From an uncultured Holophagales bacterium (GTDB lineage: Bacteria > Acidobacteriota > Thermoanaerobaculia > UBA5066), in contig CAZLQX010000002.1 in the NCBI GenBank assembly GCA_964561935.1, forward strand, positions 119,930 through 183,929: 64,000 nucleotides of DNA. The letters run 5' to 3'. Both the position numbers and the translations under genes were made by a program. The number at the start of each line of letters is the position of its first letter. Position 1 is the stretch's first letter. The notes beneath the pieces are model-generated. The model was not told the DNA's origin and searched no databases. It was given only the letters and a program-made list of their open reading frames with translations. Below are positions 17,696 to 26,096 of this stretch, piece by piece.

Positions 17696-18591
17696 CCGCG
17701 ACGGGCGCCGGGCCGGATCCGGGACTCCTCGGGTCGATCGCGGTGGCCGCGGTCGGCTCGGGGGCGGCCGCCTGGCTCGTCGGGGGGGCCGTCCGGGACC
17801 TGCTCCTCGGTCTTCCGGCGCGCGACCTCGACGTGGCGCTCGAGGGGACCGCGGAGGCCGCGGAGAGGACGACGGCCGCTCTCTCCGCAGAGGAGGGCTG
17901 GAGCTGCCGGGTCCGGCACGCCGCGTTCGGAACGGCGACGCTCGTCGGCCCGGACGGGACGAGAGTCGACGTCGCCGTGACGCGCGAGGAGACCTATCCG
18001 CGTCCCGGCGCGCTTCCGGTCGTTTCGCCCGGCGTCCCGATCGTGCGTGACCTGGCGCGCCGGGACTTCACGATCCACGCGATGGCCTTCTCCCTCGGCC
18101 CGGCCGGAGTCCAGGGGCCGCTCCTCGACCCGTTCGGTGGGCGAGCGGATCTCGACCGGAAGTCGGTCCGGCTCCTTCACGGGGGCTCCCTTGCCGACGA
18201 TCCGACACGGGTCTTCCGGGCCGCCCGCTACGCCGCGCGGCTCGGCTTCGAGCTGGAGCCCGGGTTCGCCCCGGCGATGGATCGCGCCGTGGTTTCGGAA
18301 GCGTTCGCGCGGATCTCGGGCGAACGCCTTCGCAGGGCCCTCGACGAGCTCCTCCTGGAGCAGAATCGATCCGTGGCGATCGGGATCCTCGTGAAGCTCG
18401 GGGTCTTCTCCACCGTCGTCGACGGCTGGGCGGTCGACGAGACCGCGGCGATCGCCGTGTCGGCGTCCGCCGGGACGACGGACGCATGGGCCCGTCTCCT
18501 GGCCACGACCCCCGACCCGACGAGGCGCCGAGTCGCGGGGAGGCTCCGGTTCCCGCGCGCCCTTCGCCGAGAGACGAGGTGCCTTCCGTGA
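17692..18591 (+). CDS. Class II tRNA nucleotidyltransferase (CCA/poly(A) polymerase family), short form
   Basis: LVGGAVRDLLLG, RDLDVA, FGTA, DLARRDFTIHAMA, LLDPFGGRADL, DDPTRVFRAARYAARLGF, RISGERL; GTG overlaps dnaE TGA. Confidence 0.88.
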   Translation: MTATGAGPDPGLLGSIAVAAVGSGAAAWLVGGAVRDLLLGLPARDLDVALEGTAEAAERTTAALSAEEGWSCRVRHAAFGTATLVGPDGTRVDVAVTREETYPRPGALPVVSPGVPIVRDLARRDFTIHAMAFSLGPAGVQGPLLDPFGGRADLDRKSVRLLHGGSLADDPTRVFRAARYAARLGFELEPGFAPAMDRAVVSEAFARISGERLRRALDELLLEQNRSVAIGILVKLGVFSTVVDGWAVDETAAIAVSASAGTTDAWARLLATTPDPTRRRVAGRLRFPRALRRETRCLP

Positions 18592-19292
18592 CGCCGGTTC
18601 CGGCTCTCCTCCTTCTGGCGATGACCGCGATCCCGCAGGACGCCCCTCGGACACACCTCTCCCCGGCGGCAGAGGCGGACGGGCCGTTGCGCCCTGAGGA
18701 CAAGACGCTGATCGCCTCGTTCGAGGTCGTGCAGGGGGAGGGGAGGGACCGGCTGTCGGTCTACCGCGACGGGACGCTCGCCCTCGCGAAGACCTACGCC
18801 GGCGTGCGAACGATCCGGAAGAAGGTCCTCTCCGAGGAAGAGGTCGACTTCGTCCGGCGCGTCAGCTCGGAGGCCCTCGCCCTGGACGTTTCGGAGTATC
18901 GCGTCGACGTCCTCGGCCGGACCGAGCGCCGGAGGTTCCGGATCGAGGTCGGCCGTCCCGGCGCGCTGCCCCGGGAGTTCGTCTTCGACGAGCTCGCGAG
19001 GGTTCCCCTCGCGCTCGGTCGAGCCCGGAGCGCGCTCGAGGACCTCCTCGGCCGCTTCGAGGAGAACGGCGCCTCGTCCGACGAGCTCTGGGACGCCTCG
19101 CCCCTTCGGCGCGGCGACGTCCTGACGCACCGATTCGACGGGAAACGGTACCGGATCGTCCGGGACGACGCCTTCGTGCGAAGCCTCGAGATGATCGACG
19201 AGGAGCGGGGCCTCCAGCGTCTCATCGTCCTCCGGGAGGACGTCCCGCGCCTCTTCCTTCCTCCGGCCGGAGGCGGCGGGAGGCCTCGTTGA
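18588..19292 (+). CDS. Hypothetical protein with N-terminal hydrophobic/signal segment
   Basis: GTGA overlap with the upstream gene and TTGA overlap with rsmD; typical codon usage; no family recognised. Confidence 0.65.
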   Translation: MTPVPALLLLAMTAIPQDAPRTHLSPAAEADGPLRPEDKTLIASFEVVQGEGRDRLSVYRDGTLALAKTYAGVRTIRKKVLSEEEVDFVRRVSSEALALDVSEYRVDVLGRTERRRFRIEVGRPGALPREFVFDELARVPLALGRARSALEDLLGRFEENGASSDELWDASPLRRGDVLTHRFDGKRYRIVRDDAFVRSLEMIDEERGLQRLIVLREDVPRLFLPPAGGGGRPR

Positions 19293-19840
19293 TCCGCGTC
19301 GTCGCCGGCGAGCTTCGCGGGCGACGCCTCGCCGTCGGCCCCGGCGTGAGGCCGACGACCGAGAGGGCCCGCGAGGCGCTCTTCAGCATCCTCGGGGAGC
19401 GCGTCCGGGACGCGAGGATCCTCGACGCGGCGGCCGGCTCCGGGGCGCTCGGGTTCGAAGCCCTCTCCCGGGGAGCGCGGGAAGCGGTCTTCGTGGAGGC
19501 CGACCGTCGCGTCGGACGCGTCCTCGCCGCGAACGTCGAGGCGGCCGGCCTCGGGAGCCGCGCGCGGGTCGTCGCGCGGACCGTCGCAGCCTACCTCGTC
19601 GCGGAGCGGCCCTCGGGCTTCGACGTCGTCTTCTTCGACCCGCCCTGGGCCGACCCGGTCGCCGCGGAGCTCGACGGCCTCTGGAACGCTCTCGGACCGG
19701 GAGGGACCTTCGTCGTGGAGAGAGGGACGGGGGACGCCCCCTGGCCCGGCGCACCCTGGGCCCCGGACGCCCGCCGCTACGGGACGACGCATCTCTTCCT
19801 CTGGTCGCGGCCCGGTCCCGCCTCCCGGTCCGGTCGTTGA
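19289..19840 (+). CDS. rsmD: 16S rRNA (guanine966-N2)-methyltransferase
   Basis: [57 protein letters not shown]. Confidence 0.9.
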   Translation: MIRVVAGELRGRRLAVGPGVRPTTERAREALFSILGERVRDARILDAAAGSGALGFEALSRGAREAVFVEADRRVGRVLAANVEAAGLGSRARVVARTVAAYLVAERPSGFDVVFFDPPWADPVAAELDGLWNALGPGGTFVVERGTGDAPWPGAPWAPDARRYGTTHLFLWSRPGPASRSGR

Positions 19841-19914
19841 CCGGCCTCGACGGCGTCGATAGAGTCTCCGGCTCGACGCTCCTGCGAAGGGGGCGGTCCG
19901 GGGGAGACCGAGAC

Positions 19915-21081
19915 ATGGCGCTCTTGCGAACTCTCTTCACGTCCGAGTCGGTCACCGAGGGGCACCCCGACAAGATCGCCGACCAGATCTCCGACGGGAT
20001 CCTGGACGCGATCCTCTCCGACGACCCGGAGGGCCGGGTCGCCTGCGAGACGCTCGTCACGACGGGGACGGCGTTCATCGCCGGCGAGATCACGACGAGG
20101 ACGTATGTCGACATCCCGCAGGTCGTGCGCGACACGATCCGCGACGTCGGATATACGCGCGCCAAGTACGGGTTCGACTATCAGACCTGCGCCGTCCTCA
20201 CCTCGATCGACAAGCAGTCCCCCGACATCGCTCAGGGCGTCGACCCGGGCGGAGCCGGCGACCAGGGCCTCATGTTCGGCTTCGCCGTCCGCGAGACGGA
20301 GGAGCTGATGCCGCTCCCGATCACGCTCGCGCACCGCCTCACGATGCGCCTCGCCGAGGTGCGGAAGTCACACGAGCTGGAGTGGCTCCGGCCCGACGGG
20401 AAGAGCCAGGTCACGGTGGAGTACGAGGGGAGCCGTCCCGTACGAGTCGACGCGGTCGTCGTGTCGACCCAGCACGCCGAGACCGTGCCGACGCTCGAGC
20501 TCCGCGAGGCGATCCGGGAGGAGGTCATCCGGAGAGTCGTGCCCGCGGCGCTCCTCGACGAGAAGACGAAGCTCCACATCAACCCGACGGGGCGTTTCGT
20601 GATCGGCGGGCCTCAAGGGGACACGGGACTGACGGGGCGGAAGATCATCGTCGACACCTACGGGGGGATGGGCCGGCACGGCGGGGGAGCCTTCTCCGGG
20701 AAGGACCCGACGAAGGTCGACCGGTCGGCCTCGTACATGGCCCGCTACATCGCGAAGAACCTCGTCGCAGCCGGTCTCGCCGATCGCGTGGAGGTCCAGC
20801 TCGCCTACGCGATCGGCGTGGCGGACCCGGTCTCCGTGTACGTGGATACTTTCGGCACCGGGACGGTCGATCCGGAGCTCCTTCCCGCGCTCGTGAGGGA
20901 CCACTTTCGCCTCACCCCGAGAGGGATCATCGAAGCGCTGGACCTACGGCGTCCGATCTACAGGAAGACGGCCTCCTACGGGCACTTCGGACGACGCCTC
21001 CCGGAATTCACCTGGGAGCGGACGGACCTGGCCGAGGCGCTGGCGGGAGCGGCCGGTCTCGGCGCGCCGCCGCCCGGCTGA
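19915..21081 (+). CDS. metK: S-adenosylmethionine synthetase
   Basis: [84 protein letters not shown]. Confidence 0.98.
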   Translation: MALLRTLFTSESVTEGHPDKIADQISDGILDAILSDDPEGRVACETLVTTGTAFIAGEITTRTYVDIPQVVRDTIRDVGYTRAKYGFDYQTCAVLTSIDKQSPDIAQGVDPGGAGDQGLMFGFAVRETEELMPLPITLAHRLTMRLAEVRKSHELEWLRPDGKSQVTVEYEGSRPVRVDAVVVSTQHAETVPTLELREAIREEVIRRVVPAALLDEKTKLHINPTGRFVIGGPQGDTGLTGRKIIVDTYGGMGRHGGGAFSGKDPTKVDRSASYMARYIAKNLVAAGLADRVEVQLAYAIGVADPVSVYVDTFGTGTVDPELLPALVRDHFRLTPRGIIEALDLRRPIYRKTASYGHFGRRLPEFTWERTDLAEALAGAAGLGAPPPG

Positions 21082-21090
21082 CTGCGGCGC

Positions 21091-23406
21091 TCAGGTCCTC
21101 ACGCCGAGGAGGCCCCAGGCGGCGCACAGGCCGAAGAAGAGGTTCGCGCCCCACGCCGCGACGAGAGGGGGGAGCGAGCCGGACTCTCCCGCCTTCACGA
21201 GGGCCGCCCCGAGTATGAGGTAGACGAGGCCGAGAAGGAGGGCAATGCCGATCCCGGCAACGGCGCCCTTCCTGCCGTACCGGAACGAAAAGGGGAGTCC
21301 GACGAGAGTCAGGAGGAGCGGCGCGAGGACGATTGCGCTCTTCTGGTAGAGGCCCGTCGCGATCGCCGAAACGTCGGCGCCGGCTTTCCGGCGGGCCCTC
21401 ACGAACCGGGCAAGCTCGAGGCTGTCCATCTGGCGCGGGTCCGCCCGTCCGGCGAGGAAGGTCCGCGAAGCCTCGGGAGCCTCGAGGAACGTCGTCCCCG
21501 CCTGACGCAGGAAGAGGGACCCGCCGTCGCGGTCGAAGGTCCGGGTCCAGCCGTCGGCCAGGAGGATTCCGCGGCCCGGCACGACCCGCCCCCCGGCTCC
21601 GCGAGACTTCCGGAGGAGCCGGAACGTCTCCGGCTCCAGCTGAAGGACCGTGATGCCCGTGACGGACGACGTGCGGGGGTCCCAGGTTTCGGCCGAGAAG
21701 AAACGGCCGGACTCGCCGCGGAGGAACGAGCGCCAGGAGTCGGACGAGACGGCCGGAGGCTTGCCGACGAGGATCTTCTTCAGCCGCTCCGCTTCGGCTG
21801 CGGATCGGGGGACGACCCGCTCGGCGAAGACGAAGGCGGACGCACCCGTGACGACGGCCAGGACGAGGATGGACGCAGTCGCACGGAACAGGGAGACGCC
21901 GTTCGCGAGGAGCGCGGTCGTCTCGGCGGATCGGACGAGGCTTGCCACGGCGATGAGGGCGGCCGCCGAGAATGCGAGCGGGACCACGTCGACGAGGATC
22001 GGCGCGAGCTTCGCCTGGAAGTAGCCGAGGACCGCGGTGAGAGGGGGAGCGACCCTGGCGATCTCGTCCGAGATCTCCAGGTACTCGAAGAGAACGTAGA
22101 GGAGGAGGACGGAGAGGAGGACCAGGGCGAAGAGCCAGAGGAACCGTCGAGCCACGTAGCGATCCACGAGGCCCGCCCGGAGAGAAGCCGAGGAGCGCCG
22201 GGAGCGACGCACGACCGGGCGGTCCGCGGCGGCCGCACGCGGGCTGAGGCGGGCGGCGAATTCCGCGAGGGGCCGGGGGAGCTGTCCCTCGAAGACGGTC
22301 CGGTCTCGCCGGACCCTCGAGACCCCCCAGGCGCCGAGCGCGAGAAGGAGGAAGTTCGGAAGCCACATCGCGAGCCACGGGGACATCGTCCCTTTGAGGA
22401 CGCGGGCCTCGCCCGACGCGTAGAGGACGTAGTAACCGAGGACGATCGCCGTCGAGACCGCGAATCCCGCGGCGCGGCCACCGCGCCGGTTCACGACGCC
22501 CAGGGGCAGGCCGACGAGCCCGAAAACGAGGCAGGCAGCGGGGAAGGAGAACTTCTTGTGGACCTCGACCCACGACAGACGCGCGAGGGTCTCGTTGGGG
22601 GTCGTCCGAGCCCGGGCCACGAGCTCGGAAAGGGTCATCTCTCGTAACTGTTTGTCGGGTCGTGTCTTGGCGAATCTCTCCCGGGGATTCGTGTCATCGA
22701 GTAGGACTCTCTGCGTGCGATAGCTGGCACGGTCGTAGCCTCGCGCATCGCTCGTCGTATGGTGGGTGATCGCATCCTCGAGCCGAAGCCAGAGCCTTCC
22801 TTCCGTTTCCTCAAGCTCCAGCGCACCGCGGCGGGCAATCGTGATCCTCTCACCGTCCTCCGGGTTCGAGCTGTCGACGACGATGAGCCCTTCGAGGGTC
22901 TTCCGGTCGGTGGAAGCCCGTTCCACGTAGACCCTGCGCCCGGCCAGCTCCGGACTGAAGACTCCCGGCTGAATTCGCTGGGCGATCACGAACGTCGACA
23001 GCTGCAGCTTCATCCCGTACAGGATCCGGTTCGTCCGCGGGACGACCCAGGTCATGACGAGGCCCGTTGCGAGGGCGAGCACCGCGGCCAGGACTGAAAT
23101 CGGCCGGAACAGGGAGAGGAGGTCGACGCCGGCCGCGCGGAGGGCCACGAGCTCCGAGTCCTGGCTGAGGCGGCCAACGCCGACCAGGATTCCGAGCAGG
23201 AAGGCAATCGGAAGCGTGAGGACGACGATGTGGGGGGCCGAGAAGGCCAGGACCCGCACCGCGTCGAGGAGCGGTTGACGGCTCTGGACGAGCAGGTCGC
23301 TGAACTGCACGAGGCCGCGAATGAGCATGAAGCCCGTGTAGATTGCGAAAGCGACCGCCGTCGGAGCGAGGATTTCCCAAAATGCGTAGCGATCGGTCAG
23401 CTTCAT
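21091..23406 (-). CDS. Fused LptF-LptG LPS export permease (two YjgP/YjgQ repeats)
   Basis: First repeat: GRLSQDSELVALRAAG, EVHKKFSFPAACLVFGLVGLPLG, AMWLPN. Second repeat: LVDRYVARRFL, LVRSAETTALLANGVS, LVGLPFSF, PPLVAAWGAN. Confidence 0.88.
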   Translation of the reverse strand: MKLTDRYAFWEILAPTAVAFAIYTGFMLIRGLVQFSDLLVQSRQPLLDAVRVLAFSAPHIVVLTLPIAFLLGILVGVGRLSQDSELVALRAAGVDLLSLFRPISVLAAVLALATGLVMTWVVPRTNRILYGMKLQLSTFVIAQRIQPGVFSPELAGRRVYVERASTDRKTLEGLIVVDSSNPEDGERITIARRGALELEETEGRLWLRLEDAITHHTTSDARGYDRASYRTQRVLLDDTNPRERFAKTRPDKQLREMTLSELVARARTTPNETLARLSWVEVHKKFSFPAACLVFGLVGLPLGVVNRRGGRAAGFAVSTAIVLGYYVLYASGEARVLKGTMSPWLAMWLPNFLLLALGAWGVSRVRRDRTVFEGQLPRPLAEFAARLSPRAAAADRPVVRRSRRSSASLRAGLVDRYVARRFLWLFALVLLSVLLLYVLFEYLEISDEIARVAPPLTAVLGYFQAKLAPILVDVVPLAFSAAALIAVASLVRSAETTALLANGVSLFRATASILVLAVVTGASAFVFAERVVPRSAAEAERLKKILVGKPPAVSSDSWRSFLRGESGRFFSAETWDPRTSSVTGITVLQLEPETFRLLRKSRGAGGRVVPGRGILLADGWTRTFDRDGGSLFLRQAGTTFLEAPEASRTFLAGRADPRQMDSLELARFVRARRKAGADVSAIATGLYQKSAIVLAPLLLTLVGLPFSFRYGRKGAVAGIGIALLLGLVYLILGAALVKAGESGSLPPLVAAWGANLFFGLCAAWGLLGVRT

Positions 23407-23478
23407 GCGGCGGGCCCGAAGACGGGATCCAGGGTGGGTTATGGCTGCCGGAGTCTACCGTCTTCGTCCCGATCCGAC

Positions 23479-23506
23479 ACGTCCTATAAGAAATATTATG
23501 TTAAAT
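23479..23506 (+). other. dif: Chromosome dimer resolution site dif (XerC arm / 6-bp spacer / XerD arm)
   Basis: ACGTCCTATAA-GAAATA-TTATGTTAAAT. XerD arm is identical to E. coli dif (TTATGTTAAAT). XerC arm ends in the conserved ATAA and resembles B. subtilis ACTTCCTAGAA. Intergenic, single copy seen, only strongly AT-rich patch in the window. Confidence 0.9.
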
Positions 23507-23748
23507 ATCATCATCTCGCAGCCATATAGAATTCGGAAACGGCAATCCGGAAGGGGTCGGTTCCTCGTCTGCGCCGCTGCGCGACCTCACTCTGCGTCTG
23601 CACCGCGTCCGGCAAACGGTCCCAGGTCAAGCGGAGCGAGCCCTGGCCTGCGACGTTCAGGAAACCGCGGACGGCTCGTCGTTCGCGACCCCGAGGCGGC
23701 CGGCGCGCTGCCCGTGGCATTGGGCGTTCGCGGCCGGCCTCTCTCGAT

Positions 23749-24699
23749 CTAGAGATCAGGCTCTTCGGCCGAGCTTTCCGACTCGGCACCGGCCTTTCGG
23801 GACTTCGCAGTCCCTGGCTTCAGGAACCGGCCGTGCTCCTCGAGGTCGAGTTCCCCTGCGCCGATCCTCCGGACAAGCTCCCGCAGCGTCTGCAGGATTT
23901 CGGCCCGATCCGCGGTCGCACCCCTGAAGACGAGGCTCACGGCGTACTGCGACTCCGGAGGCTGGAAGTTGAGCTCGTACGCTTTCCTCAGGCTTCGGAA
24001 ACGGGCGCCCTCGGCATCAGGGACGCCTTCCTTTCGCACCGAGCGAACCGAGTCGCGACCGATCCCTTCTCCAGATTCGAAAGCGGCGATCGCCTCCAGC
24101 ATCGCCGGCTCGTTGGGGAGTCGCCCGACCTCGAGCAGGAACGACTTGGAGCGAATGTCGGCGCGCCGACATTCGTCCTTCACCCTGAGCGGAAGGCGAG
24201 AAAGCGAGAGCGTCTCGGTGACGGTGACTCTCGACTTCCCCACGGCCTTGGCGATCTGCTCGTGGGTATAGCCGTGACGGTCTTGCAGCGTCAGGTACCC
24301 GTCCGCTTCTTCCAGCGGACTCAGGTCCTTTCGCTGAAGGTTCTCGATGAGGGCGATTTCGACGACCTCGGCGTCGTTCACGTCCAGCACGATGCACGGA
24401 ACGTCGGCGAGGCCGGCCTCCATCGCGGCGCGAAAGCGGCGCTCACCGGAGATGATCGTGAAACGGCCCCCTTCGCGCGGTCGGACGAGGATAGGCTCGA
24501 GCACTCCCTTCGCTTCGATCGATGCCTTCAGGTCGGCAAGGTCCCCGAGGATGCTTCGAGGCTGATCCGGGTTCGCCTCGATCAGATTGAGCGCAATCCT
24601 CCGGCCGATCGAGATCTCCTCGCCGCGGAAGAGCTGGTCGACAAAGTGTGGATCGTGGCGCATTCGGGAAGTCTCGGGGAGACCACGGCGCTTAGACAC
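23749..24699 (-). CDS. parB: ParB/Spo0J-family protein (CTPase + HTH + C-terminal domain)
   Basis: IEANPDQPR, SIEAKGVLEPILVR, ISGERRFRAA (GxxRxxA), ALIENLQRKDLSPLEEA, HTH THEQIAKAVGKSR; overlaps parA stop. Confidence 0.92.
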   Translation of the reverse strand: MSKRRGLPETSRMRHDPHFVDQLFRGEEISIGRRIALNLIEANPDQPRSILGDLADLKASIEAKGVLEPILVRPREGGRFTIISGERRFRAAMEAGLADVPCIVLDVNDAEVVEIALIENLQRKDLSPLEEADGYLTLQDRHGYTHEQIAKAVGKSRVTVTETLSLSRLPLRVKDECRRADIRSKSFLLEVGRLPNEPAMLEAIAAFESGEGIGRDSVRSVRKEGVPDAEGARFRSLRKAYELNFQPPESQYAVSLVFRGATADRAEILQTLRELVRRIGAGELDLEEHGRFLKPGTAKSRKAGAESESSAEEPDL

Positions 24700-25447
24700 G
24701 TTCGAGGATCTCCTCGGTCAGGCTGTAGTACTCGGAGGCGGCCGTTGAACGCGGAGCGAAGGTGAAAATCGACTCCTTGTAGGCCGGGGACTCCTCGAGT
24801 CGAACCGACTTCGAGACCGTCGTCCTGAAGAGCTTGCCCTGGAACACGGTGTCGATCTGCTTCTGGATGTCGCGGCCGAGGACGGTTCGCTTGTCGTGCA
24901 GGGTGATGACGACGCCGAGGATCTGAAGAGAAGGATTCGGCCGGCTCTTGATCTTCTCGATCGTCTCGAGGAGGTCGTCCGTTCCCTCGAGCGCGAAATA
25001 CGAGGACTGGATTGGAATGATGATGTGGCTCGACGCGACCATCGCGTTCACCGTGATCATCCCGAGGGTCGGCGGCGTGTCTATGAGGATGGCGTCGTAC
25101 GACCCGGAGACCTCCCCCATCTTGTCCTTGAGCCGATAGTGCCCGTCGATCTCGCCGATGAGCTTCGACTCGACTTTCGCGAGCGAGATCTTCGCGGGCG
25201 CGACCGAGAGACCTGGGACGTTGGTCTCGCGGACGACCGAGGAAACGGTGACGTCGGGGTCGACGAGGACGTCGTACATCGATGCGCCGATCGTCCGCCG
25301 GTCGAGATAGGACATCGTCGAGTTGGCCTGCGGGTCGAGGTCGACGAGGAGTGTGCGGAGGTTCTTCTGGGCGAGTGCGGCGGCGACGTTGATGGCCGTC
25401 GTCGTCTTGCCCACGCCGCCCTTCTGGTTGGTGATCGCGATGATCAT
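24692..25447 (-). CDS. parA: ParA/Soj-family ATPase
   Basis: Deviant Walker A NQKGGVGKTTTAIN, LVDLDPQANST, ILIDTPPTLG, VNAMVAS, IPIQSSYFALEG, RLEESP. Confidence 0.93.
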   Translation of the reverse strand: MIIAITNQKGGVGKTTTAINVAAALAQKNLRTLLVDLDPQANSTMSYLDRRTIGASMYDVLVDPDVTVSSVVRETNVPGLSVAPAKISLAKVESKLIGEIDGHYRLKDKMGEVSGSYDAILIDTPPTLGMITVNAMVASSHIIIPIQSSYFALEGTDDLLETIEKIKSRPNPSLQILGVVITLHDKRTVLGRDIQKQIDTVFQGKLFRTTVSKSVRLEESPAYKESIFTFAPRSTAASEYYSLTEEILERV

Positions 25448-25458
25448 GGGAGGGGGCG

Positions 25459-25464
25459 AGGATA
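25459..25464 (-). promoter_or_regulatory. Possible -10 box TATCCT 11 nt before parA ATG
   Basis: Minus strand TATCCT-cgccccctccc-ATG; pyrimidine-rich leader with no SD. Confidence 0.35.
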
Positions 25465-25564
25465 CGGGGTGAAGGGCCGCGACTCAAGACGAACGACAAG
25501 TTCGCCACGGCGAGTCACCTGCGAAGCGCACCCAATCGCCTCGCAGGCCTGCCGGCCCAGGGCT

Positions 25565-26050
25565 TTACATCTTGTACTTGCCGAGCGACTCCGGGTCCGC
25601 CTGTTCAAGCCACTTCCGGAGCCGTTCGTGGTTCTGCGCCTCTGCGGAGTCGTCCTGGCTCCGGCTCTTCTCGAGGACGTCCTCCTCGACGAATAGAGGT
25701 GCGGATGTTCGCAGGGCGAGTGCGATCGCGTCCGACGGTCGGCTGTCGACGACGAGGGACCGTTCGCCGGCGAGGAGATGGAGCTCGGCGTGGAAGGTGT
25801 TCTCCTGGAGCTTCGTGATGACGACCCTCTCCACCGATCCCCCAAGCGAGACGATCGTCTCCTTCAGGAGGTCGTGAGTCATGGGGCGCGGAGTCCGGAC
25901 TCCCTCGAGCTGCAAGGCGATCGCGTTCGCCTCGAAGACGCCCACCCAGATCGGAAGGAAGTTCCGATCCTCGGCGTCGCGCAGGACGACGACGGGCATA
26001 TTGGCGATCGGATCGACGATCAGCGCCTTGACCTCCATTCTCAGCCTCAC
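25565..26050 (-). CDS. Bifunctional nuclease family protein (DUF151/BFN)
   Basis: PVVVLRD, FLPIWVGVFEANAIA, PRPMTHDLL, ENTFHAEL, DSRPSDAIALALRT; GGAGG SD before GTG. Confidence 0.9.
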   Translation of the reverse strand: MRLRMEVKALIVDPIANMPVVVLRDAEDRNFLPIWVGVFEANAIALQLEGVRTPRPMTHDLLKETIVSLGGSVERVVITKLQENTFHAELHLLAGERSLVVDSRPSDAIALALRTSAPLFVEEDVLEKSRSQDDSAEAQNHERLRKWLEQADPESLGKYKM

Positions 26051-26096
26051 GAAGACTCCCCTCCTTCCCCGAATGTGCGGACGCCGGCGGTTCGAA

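Noticed and set aside
23406-23749. AT-rich patch next to parAB as oriC/DUE
   Set aside because: No DnaA boxes (TTATCCACA-like) or dnaA/dnaN nearby. The AT-rich core is explained by the dif 28-mer, and genes converge on rather than diverge from this point.
23507-26050. parAB as an integrated plasmid or IMEX inserted at dif
   Set aside because: No second dif-like or att site was seen beyond parA; there are no rep, integrase or transfer genes; and the composition shift continues into core genes on both sides.
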